A stretch of 64,000 nt of DNA from a virus (IMGVR_UViG_3300028857_000005:1-64000); one strand, 5' to 3'. Positions 17,525 through 27,030 are shown, counted from the stretch's first letter. The notes: generated from the sequence alone by a model not told the origin. Program-made: numbers and translations.

Positions 17525-18463
17525 TCACTTGGAGACGATGACCGGAGCCTTACCGTCAGAGACGATGACAGTTCCTGCCTTGTTAATCGCATCGATGTAG
17601 CGAGACTGCAACACCTTGTCAGTCAGAGAGTCGTTCAGCAAACGGTTGGACTCTGCCTCACCCTTAGCAGTAGCAACTGCCGCGTCAGCTTCACCCTGAG
17701 CCTTGATGACTCGGGACTGTGCGTCTGCTGCTGCCGCCTGCTTGTTCTGGTTGGCAACCTCAACTGCTCGGAGAGCATCCTCAACAGGCTGGGAGTAGCG
17801 AACATCCTGAATGGTTACAGAAGTGATTTCAACTCCCATGCCACCGAGAGCACCGTTCAGACCATCCTGAATCTTCTGGACTGCCTCTGCACGCTTGGTG
17901 CCACGGAACTCAACTGCGGTGTACTGCGAAGGAACCTGACGAGTCAAGTTCAGAACCTGCTTCTCCACGATCATCTGCGTGAAGCGCTCCTGAGTCTTGT
18001 ACTGATCGTAGATGTCCTTGATCTTGTCAGGGTTGATGTTGTAGACAACCTGCATGTCCACATCACCCTGCGTAGAGCCACCATTGATACCGCCGACAGA
18101 TACGGTGACCTCAGCGCCGTTCACAGAACCCTTGGCATACTCGGGAGCCTTGCCGGGAGGACCAGCATAGGTGACATCCTGAGAGAACATGTCGAAGGTG
18201 ACGAAGTCTTCCCAAGGAGCCTTGAAGCCTGCACTGGGCTGCGTAATGGTGCGAACGACAGTTCGGTCAACGCTGTTGACAACAACCTGAGCCTCACCGA
18301 TGCTGTTCTGGTAGAACGATGCGAAGAAGAAGAAGAGTCCTGCGACTGCAAGAGCGATTCCACCAACGGTGAATCCGATCCCCTTCTCATCCATAATGGG
18401 GCCGAGGATGAATCCTGCGGCAGCGATCAGAAGCAAGATGATCGCAATTACAAACCAAACCAT
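17525..18463 (-). CDS. SPFH/band-7 (stomatin/prohibitin/HflK-like) membrane protein
   Basis: N-terminal TM, SPFH-like core and an Ala-rich coiled-coil tail. Confidence 0.7.
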   Translation of the reverse strand: MVWFVIAIILLLIAAAGFILGPIMDEKGIGFTVGGIALAVAGLFFFFASFYQNSIGEAQVVVNSVDRTVVRTITQPSAGFKAPWEDFVTFDMFSQDVTYAGPPGKAPEYAKGSVNGAEVTVSVGGINGGSTQGDVDMQVVYNINPDKIKDIYDQYKTQERFTQMIVEKQVLNLTRQVPSQYTAVEFRGTKRAEAVQKIQDGLNGALGGMGVEITSVTIQDVRYSQPVEDALRAVEVANQNKQAAAADAQSRVIKAQGEADAAVATAKGEAESNRLLNDSLTDKVLQSRYIDAINKAGTVIVSDGKAPVIVSK

Positions 18464-18513
18464 GTTAACCCTTTCGTGGTTGTTTTCGCCTTGTTGGCGT
18501 TACGGGTAGAACT

Positions 18514-18906
18514 TTACCAGCGTCCGAACTCGATGTCAAGTCGGGGTGTTGCCTCGAAGTTTGTTTCCTCACTTCGTTCGTACTTAGTTTCATCAGTGAT
18601 GTCAACCTCTTCCTTCACGGGGAGCCAAGCATCAGCGAAACCCTTCCTGATTCTCTTGCCAGTTTCTGGCAGAGCCTCACTGAGTTCCTTGACGATCCAT
18701 GGAATGCCCTTGAAGATAAAGAGAATGGCTGTGTAGACGGGCCATACAGGAGACAACCAGAGAAGCCTCAGGGTGTGCCTGCGTTCCTCTTGGGAGGCTC
18801 GGGGCCATGTACCTAGCTCATCAGCATTCCATCCAATCCAAATGCAGAGAACGATGAAATAGCCAACGATCCAACCAACGTATTCGTTCATCGGTAGTTC
18901 TCCCAT
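18514..18906 (-). CDS. membrane protein (130 aa)
   Basis: ORF track entry. Confidence 0.5.
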   Translation of the reverse strand: MGELPMNEYVGWIVGYFIVLCIWIGWNADELGTWPRASQEERRHTLRLLWLSPVWPVYTAILFIFKGIPWIVKELSEALPETGKRIRKGFADAWLPVKEEVDITDETKYERSEETNFEATPRLDIEFGRW

Positions 18907-19033
18907 TCTTCCTTTTCCTTAGCTGCCGCCTTGGCAACCGCATGGTCATGCTGAATCATCTTGATCCAGTAATAGATTCCCCAGCCTAGGCTGATAAGCA
19001 GTAGCACTAGCAGTGCTAGTGGGACAAAGAGTT

Positions 19034-19219
19034 TCATCGTTCACGCCCGCAGTCACATGTTGGAAAGCGAATGTTGCTGAGGTTGTCAGCTAGTTCCAAG
19101 ATTGCTAGGGAAAGGTACGACACGTCATAGAACGTGGCGACAGAATCGTCGTCAGTCCTGACTGCCGTTTGAAACATGTCCTGCATCTTTCGAAGCTGAT
19201 CAATCTTGCTTACACTCAT
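19034..19219 (-). CDS. small hypothetical protein
   Basis: ORF track entry. Confidence 0.35.
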   Translation of the reverse strand: MSVSKIDQLRKMQDMFQTAVRTDDDSVATFYDVSYLSLAILELADNLSNIRFPTCDCGRER

Positions 19220-19400
19220 TGAGACTCCTCACGTCGCTGATCTTGAATACCTGTTTGTATAGCCAGTTGTCGGCACTACGCTTTGTTACGAACACATTAA
19301 AATTCATCAAATGCTCTGTAACGAAGCCGTCGTGCTCATCAACACGGATCAACCATACAGCATGGGTGAGGAACTTGTCAAGTCTCTTATAGCGATACAT
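19200..19400 (-). CDS. small hypothetical protein
   Basis: ORF track entry. Confidence 0.35.
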   Translation of the reverse strand: MYRYKRLDKFLTHAVWLIRVDEHDGFVTEHLMNFNVFVTKRSADNWLYKQVFKISDVRSLNECKQD

Positions 19401-19635
19401 TTTTCACGTCCATGATAGGGTCAAGTGCCACCCTGTTACCATAGGCTTCGAGAGTTCGCTTGACTTTGTCCAAGTAATTAAGCAGACGCTGTTGCTCTGC
19501 CTCTGTGTAGGTCTTCCACTGCGAGTAGTAGAACTCGATAGTCAGAAAGCTATCGTAATTCACCAATTGCCACTTGAATCCCTCAACGGGAACAGCGATG
19601 CTATGCACCGCCATCTGTGCTTGCCTACTATACAT
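19387..19635 (-). CDS. small hypothetical protein
   Basis: ORF track entry. Confidence 0.4.
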   Translation of the reverse strand: MYSRQAQMAVHSIAVPVEGFKWQLVNYDSFLTIEFYYSQWKTYTEAEQQRLLNYLDKVKRTLEAYGNRVALDPIMDVKNVSL

Positions 19636-19924
19636 CGTTTGTCATCGATTCGTAGACGGCATTCCAATCCTTATGGACATTAAGTAGAGGGTCAATTTCC
19701 CCATCGGTGAAGTAAACTCCACCCCATACGCCCCATGTCTTGTTCCCGTTCTCATCGACAACGAATCCGTTACCGAAGCAAGTACGTTGGACAGGACATT
19801 GCATACACACAGCATCTACGAGCGGTCTGATATTCTCATCTTCTTCGTATCTTTCGAAGAACAGATCGAAAGGCAGACCGTCGCAACTACCTTCCTCCTG
19901 CCACCTATGCCTTCCTGTGGACAT
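19628..19924 (-). CDS. WhiB-family Fe-S transcription factor-like protein
   Basis: Four-Cys pattern C...CMQCPVQRTC plus the GVWGG motif. Confidence 0.65.
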   Translation of the reverse strand: MSTGRHRWQEEGSCDGLPFDLFFERYEEDENIRPLVDAVCMQCPVQRTCFGNGFVVDENGNKTWGVWGGVYFTDGEIDPLLNVHKDWNAVYESMTNDV

Positions 19925-20117
19925 TCGGGAGTTCCCAGCCTTGCCTTGTCAACGCAATGCGGTTCGTACGGAACCACTTGCCGTTGATAAATCTCGCGTC
20001 CTTATACACCACGGGGTTCGGGTGACGGACGAGAATGAGTACATCATAGCCATCCCAGACCAAATTCTTCTGGCGGCGGACGATCTTCTCCATTTTATCC
20101 AATGTATTAACCAACAT
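19905..20117 (-). CDS. hypothetical protein (70 aa)
   Basis: ORF track entry. Confidence 0.4.
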   Translation of the reverse strand: MLVNTLDKMEKIVRRQKNLVWDGYDVLILVRHPNPVVYKDARFINGKWFRTNRIALTRQGWELPNVHRKA

Positions 20118-20448
20118 CGTATTCTCCTGTCTCGGTGTACACGACTCTCTTGATTTGGGCCGTGTTGATCACTTGCTTACAATTATTGCACGGTTCGCTG
20201 TATCTGTCAAGTCCATCGCTATTTAGTCTGGCGACATAAAGCGTAGCCCCCTTGCACTTCTCCCCTGCCTGACGCAGTGCCAAGAATTCAGCATGATAGC
20301 TACAGTCGGTTTTGATGTGTTCGGGGGACACTTGGTCAGGGTTGTTGCGGTACTTGTTGAATCCGATGCCCACGATGTTACCATTCTTCACTACAACGGC
20401 TCCGTGGCGCTTACGCTCACGGGAGGACTCAGCTATGGTGCGAGCCAT
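20107..20448 (-). CDS. dCMP/CMP deaminase (zinc-dependent; HAE and PCxxC motifs)
   Basis: SYHAEFLAL and SEPCNNC motifs. Confidence 0.75.
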   Translation of the reverse strand: MARTIAESSRERKRHGAVVVKNGNIVGIGFNKYRNNPDQVSPEHIKTDCSYHAEFLALRQAGEKCKGATLYVARLNSDGLDRYSEPCNNCKQVINTAQIKRVVYTETGEYDVG

Positions 20449-20474
20449 CCCAAGGAAGTATACGTCCTTCTTCT

Positions 20475-20819
20475 TTAGAATCTGAACACCGCCGTTTCCA
20501 TATCGGTAGCCTGTGCAGCATAGTACAGCGGGCTTAGCTTCTCACCGGGCGTTGCGAAGAACGCAAAGTAAGCAAACTTATCTAGGGACTCTTCTACCGT
20601 CTGGACTGGGACACGATAGAACTTCACACGCTTGCCTCTGGCACGCATGGACGATTCAATCTTGTTCGAGAACTCAGCGGTGTAGTTGTTGATTGTCGCG
20701 GGACCAACGGTGTAAATGTTGAACTCATCTTCCTTGAGACCGGACATGGCTACACTCATTGCCCTGAGGAAAATGGAGTAATCCTTGAAATCCTTTGTGC
20801 CTTGGACGATTACATTCAT
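20475..20819 (-). CDS. hypothetical protein (114 aa)
   Basis: ORF track entry. Confidence 0.5.
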   Translation of the reverse strand: MNVIVQGTKDFKDYSIFLRAMSVAMSGLKEDEFNIYTVGPATINNYTAEFSNKIESSMRARGKRVKFYRVPVQTVEESLDKFAYFAFFATPGEKLSPLYYAAQATDMETAVFRF

Positions 20820-20851
20820 CGTCGTTCCTTTCGTTCAGATGACGCGATGCG

Positions 20852-21151
20852 TCATTCAAGACGAGACATGATTTCAAGAAGCATATGTAGGTCTTCTGTT
20901 GGCTCAGTCATCGGGTCCACTACTTTGATACCCTTGAAATTGACTGTGTCTGTGCCAACAATTGGTGCCTTAAAGAAACCATTCTCATTACGCCAGTAGG
21001 CAAAGCCATCGCTGTTGAACACAACGTTAGCGCCTTGCTCTGGCATTAAGGAGTCCCTGCGCATTGCCCTTGCGCCCCTTACATAGAAATACGTAAGTGT
21101 AGCCATGATCCCTGTGACGATACCGCCCAAGAATGTAAAGGTTGTTTGCAT
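20852..21151 (-). CDS. membrane-anchored hypothetical protein (99 aa)
   Basis: ORF track entry. Confidence 0.45.
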   Translation of the reverse strand: MQTTFTFLGGIVTGIMATLTYFYVRGARAMRRDSLMPEQGANVVFNSDGFAYWRNENGFFKAPIVGTDTVNFKGIKVVDPMTEPTEDLHMLLEIMSRLE

Positions 21152-21295
21152 AGTTCCTCCCTAAATAGGCTATGGCCTGCTCGTAAGCAGACCATTAACC
21201 AAAGCGGAGAGTTGAGTAATCGAAACCCACTGGTGTGAGACAGCGCACTTGTTAGCAGCAAGGCCGATGAACCTTCATCGTTAACTCTCCATGCG

Positions 21296-21366
21296 TTAAG
21301 GTATAGGGAATCGAACCCCAATACGGAGGGCCAAAACCTCCTACATTACCATTATGTTATACCTCA
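21296..21366 (-). tRNA. tRNA-Gln (anticodon TTG)
   Basis: Hand-folded cloverleaf. T-arm TGGGG/TTCGATT/CCCTA, anticodon stem GGAGG/CCTCC, loop TTTTGGC. Confidence 0.7.
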
Positions 21367-21367
21367 G

Positions 21368-21439
21368 CAGGCACAGAGGGATTCGAACCCCCGAATTACC
21401 GGGTCAGAGCCGGATGCATTACCGCTTTGCTATGCGCCA
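21368..21439 (-). tRNA. tRNA-Gln-like (anticodon CTG), 1-72 mismatch
   Basis: Hand-folded. T-arm GGGGG/TTCGAAT/CCCTC, loop CTCTGAC. Confidence 0.5.
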
Positions 21440-21477
21440 TCGTGCTTCCGAAGAAGCTGTACTAATTGTAGCATATG

Positions 21478-21735
21478 CTACGTGAACTCAATTACCTCTC
21501 CTGATTCTAGGTTTCGCTCAAAGAGCCTGAACATTGCAAGGTCATCCTGTTCCCCCACAAAGTCCACCATGTCTTCCATTGAAAAGAAGAAGTGTGTGCT
21601 GCGGGTGGAACCAAGAGACATGTAAGCTTCGTAGACCATGCTGTGCTCAAACACACAGGGCACGTCTTGTCTTACGCAGTAGTAGCATCTCATGGCCTTA
21701 GAATACCATGTCTGGCTACCGCTGTCAAATGGCAT
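21478..21735 (-). CDS. hypothetical protein (85 aa)
   Basis: ORF track entry. Confidence 0.4.
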   Translation of the reverse strand: MPFDSGSQTWYSKAMRCYYCVRQDVPCVFEHSMVYEAYMSLGSTRSTHFFFSMEDMVDFVGEQDDLAMFRLFERNLESGEVIEFT

Positions 21736-21739
21736 CCCG

Positions 21740-21815
21740 TCTGGGGGTCGAACCCAGCAAGATGGTTTAGGAAACCTTCTGGCAAATCCGTTGCACAGGA
21801 CATACCCGTCTTATT
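21740..21815 (-). tRNA. tRNA-like fragment (isolated T-arm CTGGG/TTCGACC/CCCAG with 3' GCCA); no acceptor partner found
   Basis: T-arm only. Overlaps ORF ends. Confidence 0.25.
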
Positions 21816-21901
21816 CATTAGAGTCTGAGTGACGGGACCGAATTCAGACTAGGAGTGGCGGGCCTTTTGCGATTGGCTCATCCCACGCTTATCACTCACC
21901 G

Positions 21902-21971
21902 CAGTCCGTATGGGAGTCGAACCCATTGCTTTGTGGTTAGAAGGCACTAATGCTTATCCGAAGCACGGACC
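21902..21971 (-). tRNA. tRNA (isotype undetermined)
   Basis: T-arm ATGGG/TTCGACT/CCCAT. Acceptor GGTCCGT/ACGGACT. Anticodon arm not resolved by hand. Confidence 0.45.
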
Positions 21972-21983
21972 AATTACAGTATA

Positions 21984-22355
21984 TCAGGAAACCCAGAACC
22001 CTAGATGATACTGAGGCTTGTAGTTGAGGCCAAGACCAAGGTCCATCAAGAATCTATCAAGCTTGATCTGCTTATCTACAGATGGGGTTGGGGCAGTTGT
22101 GCCGAACCCAAACGTATCCATGCTATCAATCTCATCATGGAAGGTGTTGAATCCGAACAGCCACTCTTGTTCAGGGCCGCTCATATGGTCACTGGCTTCT
22201 ACAGCTTCGAGACCATACTTCTCTGCAAGCTCATAGCATTCCCAGACATCAAACTCATGCCCGAGAATTTCCTCAATGCGTTCACGCAATGACTCAAGCT
22301 TGGTCTCAGTCAGGACAATGCCCCAACCACCAGCTACACCGAAATCTACGCCCAT
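21984..22355 (-). CDS. hypothetical protein, paralog family member 1 (MGVDFGVAGGWGIVLTE...)
   Basis: ORF track entry. N-terminus shared with 22666..23058. Confidence 0.5.
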   Translation of the reverse strand: MGVDFGVAGGWGIVLTETKLESLRERIEEILGHEFDVWECYELAEKYGLEAVEASDHMSGPEQEWLFGFNTFHDEIDSMDTFGFGTTAPTPSVDKQIKLDRFLMDLGLGLNYKPQYHLGFWVS

Positions 22356-22690
22356 CAGGACTCCATCAAGTAAGGGTTGGACATGGCTAGAGGCAAGTCA
22401 GGCTCGTCACTCATGTGTCGCATTGCCCTGCTCTTGCCAGAAGCAAATCCCTTATCCCATACCGGAGCAACCAGCCAAGGGTAGAGATAAGTCAGTCCAG
22501 CATAGAACGACTGGCTTGCAGCAATGAATTCATCCTTGGTGAACGTGTCACCGGGTTCAACCATCATTGAAGCTAGGACAGCCTCACCGTAATGGATGGT
22601 ACCCTCATCGTCATCAAGACCAATGGGTTCCAGAAGTGTTGCTACATCATCTTTCATTGTTTCTCCTAGTGCATGTACACGCCTGACCAA
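22355..22690 (-). CDS. hypothetical protein (111 aa)
   Basis: ORF track entry. ATGA coupling. Confidence 0.5.
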   Translation of the reverse strand: MVRRVHALGETMKDDVATLLEPIGLDDDEGTIHYGEAVLASMMVEPGDTFTKDEFIAASQSFYAGLTYLYPWLVAPVWDKGFASGKSRAMRHMSDEPDLPLAMSNPYLMES

Positions 22691-23058
22691 ATGGCAATTT
22701 CTGCCGCAAGGTCAAACTTGATCATGAATTGCTTAATGTCGTCTTCGGCATCTGCCATATCTGGCAAGGTGATCTTCTGTGCAACCTCATTCCAGTCAGC
22801 AGACCAGCACTTGCCGACAATGAAACCACCCTCACCACCGTAAGGCTCTGATCCAACAGCGACATAACTGAGATTGGTTTCCTTCAACAGGTATTCCATA
22901 ACCTCGTATGCGCCATCTTCCAGAAGCTCATCTACAGAGTCGTAGTAGGTGTTCTCAGGAAGGATGATCTTGTCCTTATGATTCTCGGCAATCTCCATTA
23001 CCTGCTCTGAGGTCAGGAAGATTCCATACCCGCCATTAGCGGAGTAGTCTACACCCAT
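22666..23058 (-). CDS. hypothetical protein, paralog family member 2 (MGVDYSANGGYGIFLTSE...)
   Basis: ORF track entry. Confidence 0.5.
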   Translation of the reverse strand: MGVDYSANGGYGIFLTSEQVMEIAENHKDKIILPENTYYDSVDELLEDGAYEVMEYLLKETNLSYVAVGSEPYGGEGGFIVGKCWSADWNEVAQKITLPDMADAEDDIKQFMIKFDLAAEIAIWSGVYMH

Positions 23059-23318
23059 GCGTCATCCTTGAGAAGAACGCTCATCATCTTCATTGAAGTT
23101 CCGTCGTAGGTCATGTAAGCCTTGTTGGCGTCTTCACCTACCTTGATGTCAACGAGAGTGCCACGCTCATAAGTCATGGAGTCACCAACGAGGTAAGCTC
23201 CGAAGCCGAACTTGACTTCGCCATCACGCTCTGACTTCCACTTGACGGTCTTACGCGGTCCACCCATCGAGATTTCGTCTCCGATGTGGACTTCCTCAAC
23301 TGCAACTGTAACGTTCAC
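23049..23318 (-). CDS. hypothetical protein (89 aa)
   Basis: ORF track entry. Confidence 0.45.
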   Translation of the reverse strand: MNVTVAVEEVHIGDEISMGGPRKTVKWKSERDGEVKFGFGAYLVGDSMTYERGTLVDIKVGEDANKAYMTYDGTSMKMMSVLLKDDAWV

Positions 23319-23623
23319 TTATCCTTCTTCCATGGTAGTTCGCTGACCATTGTGCCAGCTTTGATATCGTACAACAGGAACCACTGGTTGTCAACAATGG
23401 TGTAAATCTGTGCCTCTGGAACCCTATCTAAGTTGAAGGCTTCTCTGCGCCAGTCATTGTACTTCTGGGCCAGCACTGCTTTCTTGGCTTCGAACAAAGC
23501 CATATGGATTTTGACGGTCTGCATCCTACTGGGGATGACACTAATTGCTACCGTCCCAACATCAGGGAGCTTCATTGGCTGCCTTTCTCTTAGCTCTGGA
23601 CTCACGCATCTTGCGGGACGCAA
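23315..23623 (-). CDS. hypothetical protein (102 aa)
   Basis: ORF track entry. Confidence 0.45.
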   Translation of the reverse strand: MRPARCVSPELRERQPMKLPDVGTVAISVIPSRMQTVKIHMALFEAKKAVLAQKYNDWRREAFNLDRVPEAQIYTIVDNQWFLLYDIKAGTMVSELPWKKDK

Positions 23624-23948
23624 TGTCCTCGTACGGGAACGTAAGCTTACCGTTGACCTTGTACTGGAAGAGATACATGTCCCAGCTAGGCTGTTGCATG
23701 TTGTGGCTGTCTGGACAAAGACCCGCTTGCCAAAAACTCACATGTTCCTTCTTGGTTCCATCAACACTTGCCTGTTCCCAGCCAAGCTTAATTGTCTTGT
23801 GCAAACCGTTGGGGTATCCACAGCGGTCGCATAGTTCGTCATAACTGATCATACTTCCTCCAAAATTCATCCCAAGTCTCGAAGAGGTAACCCTTCGTAT
23901 CCTTGGAGTATGTGTTGATGTGGTCGATGATATCACTTCTGTCGTCAA
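23562..23948 (-). CDS. Cys-containing hypothetical protein (128 aa)
   Basis: ORF track entry. Confidence 0.4.
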   Translation of the reverse strand: MTTEVISSTTSTHTPRIRRVTSSRLGMNFGGSMISYDELCDRCGYPNGLHKTIKLGWEQASVDGTKKEHVSFWQAGLCPDSHNMQQPSWDMYLFQYKVNGKLTFPYEDIASRKMRESRAKRKAANEAP

Positions 23949-24246
23949 TCATCAAGTCCAGCTTCAAGTTGTCGCACACGACAGTCTTGTCTTCTCTGTG
24001 CAAGACAAAGAACTTGTTCCTGTCACTGATCCACATATTGAATCCATTAGCGTACAGCCAGTCCTTAGACTTGATCTGATTACGGGGGTAAGCCTTGGAG
24101 ACAATGAATAGCTCATGGCCGAGGTTATACAACCTGACTACCGCCTCATATCCACCCGTAACGATAGGAGCATTGAGGAAGTCAGAGCCAAACCATTCGG
24201 TGTCCCCACCAATGAGGACATTACCTAGGTCAATTCCGATTCTCAT
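23839..24246 (-). CDS. HAD-superfamily 5'(3')-nucleotidase-like protein (start MRIGIDLG; ORF extends to 24309)
   Basis: IGIDLGNVL DxD-type motif. The internal start has ATGA coupling to the upstream small ORF. Confidence 0.5.
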   Translation of the reverse strand: MRIGIDLGNVLIGGDTEWFGSDFLNAPIVTGGYEAVVRLYNLGHELFIVSKAYPRNQIKSKDWLYANGFNMWISDRNKFFVLHREDKTVVCDNLKLDLMIDDRSDIIDHINTYSKDTKGYLFETWDEFWRKYDQL

Positions 24247-24585
24247 TCTAGCTCCAACATGTGTGCGGGGTAGTAGCGGGTATTGTGGAAGTCGTCCCTG
24301 ATTTCCCAAGTGTCGAATTCGTGATCGTACTCGACCAACACGGCATGGAAGTCTCCCCTACCCCTTGCAAGGGTGACGTTACGGACAACTACGCGGTCAC
24401 CAATCTTCATCGGAGGTCATCTGGGTTAGCGAGTTCCTGAGATACTTCCAGAGCATCCCAGTTGAGCGTCAGGGTCTCAGTGTCGTAGTCAATACCGACA
24501 ATGGCAGTCAGTGGGAATGTTCCCAGAGCCATAATCAATTGAGCAACAGTGAAGGTCTTTACGTCCAGTTGTGCATCCACGTTCA

Positions 24586-24879
24586 TTACGCATCCTCTCC
24601 GTGGTAGACAATGTCAGCCTTGCCGAAGTTGGTGAAGACAAGGGTATCGCACTCACGATCCTGAGGAACGATGTCGGTCTTCAAGTCCCAAGGGTTGATG
24701 AACCGGAGGAAGCAGGCAGTCTCCCACAGTGCGGGAAGCTGAGCGATGTGATAGATCGTGTAGCCGTAGCTCTTGACCTCATCATACTCAGCGTGGTCAG
24801 CGAGCACGTAGAACTTGTGGCAACCATCGTAGGCAACAAAGTCGCCCAAGTCGTTGCGGTCAATGGTAAGCGTGTTCAT
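24586..24879 (-). CDS. hypothetical protein (97 aa)
   Basis: ORF track entry. Confidence 0.45.
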   Translation of the reverse strand: MNTLTIDRNDLGDFVAYDGCHKFYVLADHAEYDEVKSYGYTIYHIAQLPALWETACFLRFINPWDLKTDIVPQDRECDTLVFTNFGKADIVYHGEDA

Positions 24880-25343
24880 GTCTACTCCTTGTTCGTGTTT
24901 GGATATAGCAAGAGCCTACCATGTTTCAGGTAGGCTGTCAAGTGGACCATTGGAGTGCTTACCGAGGGCACCCACTGAACGTGGCGTCGAGTTGCTTATG
25001 TCTCGCTCACAACAGCCCTATTGTGTACTACTAGAAGACGTTAGCAACACTATCTTGCTTCGTAACTTGTAGGCTAGGGCAATGGGTGCGCCCAGAGAAT
25101 TACGATATCTCGACCCACTGATTAAAAGTCAGTTGCTCTTCCTCTGAGCTACGGGCGCATGGTCACGGCTTGTCACACCGTTGACTCTGCATATCTCTTG
25201 ACCCATGCAGTAGGTCTTTGATTGATCGGCAATCACCCGGCAGATTCTTTCTTATCCGCAAAATATCCAGACTTTTTCTGAGCCTGAAACAACATACCCA
25301 ATATGTGGTGTTGGGTTACCTTTGAGGGTGACGCCCTCAAGAC

Positions 25344-25700
25344 TTAGACATTAAGGAAGCCGTGCGAACCCGGCCAGTCAACGTCTTCGATGATTTCAAC
25401 GATCTTGGTACTAGCATACCATTCATCTTTACCGCTGATGAAAAGGTGCCTACCGACTACCGGCAGTGGTGCGTCTTCCCAACCATCAGGGAATGCCCAC
25501 GGCCATACAAGACTTTCAAGCTTGTCTGTGCTGATCTTCAATGCCCAGATACGATTGGTCTGGGACTCGGGGTATCCATTGCGCATCTTTACCCAGAAGC
25601 TGTTCTCACGATCAATCCTGTAAATTGCGCCTGTTGCTGTGACTGCATCAATAACCATTGTGTTCCTTGTCGTAGAAAGGGATGTGGGAGTTGAACCCAC
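25344..25700 (-). CDS. hypothetical protein (118 aa)
   Basis: ORF track entry. Confidence 0.45.
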   Translation of the reverse strand: MGSTPTSLSTTRNTMVIDAVTATGAIYRIDRENSFWVKMRNGYPESQTNRIWALKISTDKLESLVWPWAFPDGWEDAPLPVVGRHLFISGKDEWYASTKIVEIIEDVDWPGSHGFLNV

Positions 25701-25760
25701 TGTGCTCGTCTTAAGCTTTTCTAGCTAGCCTATATTATGCTACCGACTGGGAGCGACCCA
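25680..25760 (-). tRNA. tRNA-like locus (T-arm GTGGG/TTCAACT/CCCAC); possible acceptor partner GGGGGAT about 45 nt further 5' (intron-containing or degenerate)
   Basis: T-arm clear, rest unresolved. Confidence 0.3.
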
Positions 25761-25881
25761 GAGCATTGTCCGATAATCCCCCAGTGATGTTTCGTATGCC
25801 TGCCCAAGCCTGACAATTATGAGTCGTCACGCACCCACGGTTAGCCCAGTACATCACAACTGCCGTGTTTCCTTCGGGTAG

Positions 25882-25952
25882 TGGGTCCACAGGGAATCGA
25901 ACCCTGATCCACGGAGTAAGAGTCCGCTGTTCTACCGTTATACTATAGACCC
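25882..25952 (-). tRNA. tRNA-Lys (anticodon CTT), weak D-stem
   Basis: Hand-folded. Acceptor GGGTCTA/TGGACCC, loop CTCTTAC, T-arm CAGGG/TTCGATT/CCCTG. Confidence 0.6.
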
Positions 25953-26186
25953 AAGTGAGTTGATCGTATCCCCATTATTTTACGGTTGCTATCCAACCCT
26001 GTTCCCCAGCCGTTGCCTGCTTGGGCATCATTTAACTGGTTTATGGATGACGACGATTAAGCACAAAGCGACGTGCCGATCAACTCTTTGTTTGCCTTAT
26101 TTTGCATGAACAACTGGCAGGAAGTTCGTGCTTACCGCACCCTTAAGTACGGAGGAAAGGCATTACCCGTCTGACTGCCATCAGCG

Positions 26187-26259
26187 TACTCCCAAAGGGA
26201 CTCGAACCCTTGACCCGAACATTAAGAGTGTCCTGCTCTGCCAACTGAGCTACGGAAGC
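26187..26259 (-). tRNA. tRNA-Lys (anticodon CTT)
   Basis: Canonical D-arm TAGCTCAGTTGGCAGAGC, loop CTCTTAA, T-arm AAGGG/TTCGAGT/CCCTT. Confidence 0.7.
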
Positions 26260-26327
26260 ATAAGCTGGTAGGATGCTTGGGCTTTCTTGCCTGCCTTGTC
26301 CCACCAACAACATCTAGTATACACTAC

Positions 26328-26927
26328 TTAGAGGACTACGTCAACTCCAACACCGTGAAGCTGACAGATCGTTTCAGCATCGTTAGCTGGATCAACACTG
26401 GCAGTGTAGTGCTTGAGAACCTTGACATTGAAGCCTAGGTTAGCAAGATCAACTGCCGTTGCGATGACGCAGTAGTCGAACGCTAGTCCAACTACGTGAA
26501 CATCCTCTACATTATGCTCTTTCAACCATGTTACCAGACCGATACCGTACCCGTCAACTCCCTCTACACCACTGTAGCTTGCAGAGTAGTGACCCTTGTT
26601 GAACACAGCCACTTGGTACAGCATGTCTGCCAGCTTGTCAATGTACTTCACGAAGAAGCTCGCAACCAGTGCCATGTTAAGTCTTGCACCGGGAGTGTCT
26701 GCCTTGCAGTGTACGGGCCAACTATGCACGTAGTCAGGCTTGTCAGACCAATGCTCACCGGGATCGATGTGCCAGTCCTTCGTGATGCCGAACACGTCAT
26801 AGGTGTCAGAGTTAACAAGATACTTAGCGATCCTGTTAGCTACTGTAAGTCCACCTTGGACAGCCAGAGCACCGCCCTCACAGAAGTCATTCTGCACATC
26901 TACGATGACGAGAGCAGTCTTAGCCAT
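26328..26927 (-). CDS. isochorismatase-family cysteine hydrolase, nicotinamidase (PncA)-like
   Basis: LVIVDVQNDFC motif; 199 aa. Confidence 0.7.
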   Translation of the reverse strand: MAKTALVIVDVQNDFCEGGALAVQGGLTVANRIAKYLVNSDTYDVFGITKDWHIDPGEHWSDKPDYVHSWPVHCKADTPGARLNMALVASFFVKYIDKLADMLYQVAVFNKGHYSASYSGVEGVDGYGIGLVTWLKEHNVEDVHVVGLAFDYCVIATAVDLANLGFNVKVLKHYTASVDPANDAETICQLHGVGVDVVL

Positions 26928-26949
26928 GGTTCCCCCAAATTTTTGAAAT

Positions 26950-27030
26950 GAGCAGTCCCAGACGGAGTCGAGCCGTCCATCAGAGTTTCGTAGACTCCGT
27001 GCCTAATCCCTAGGTGAGACCATAGCGACA
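26950..27030 (-). tRNA. tRNA-like (anticodon-arm-like GGAGT/CTACGAA/ACTCT, ACG; atypical T-loop CTCGACT); possibly degenerate
   Basis: Partial fold only. Abuts the HNH gene. Confidence 0.3.
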
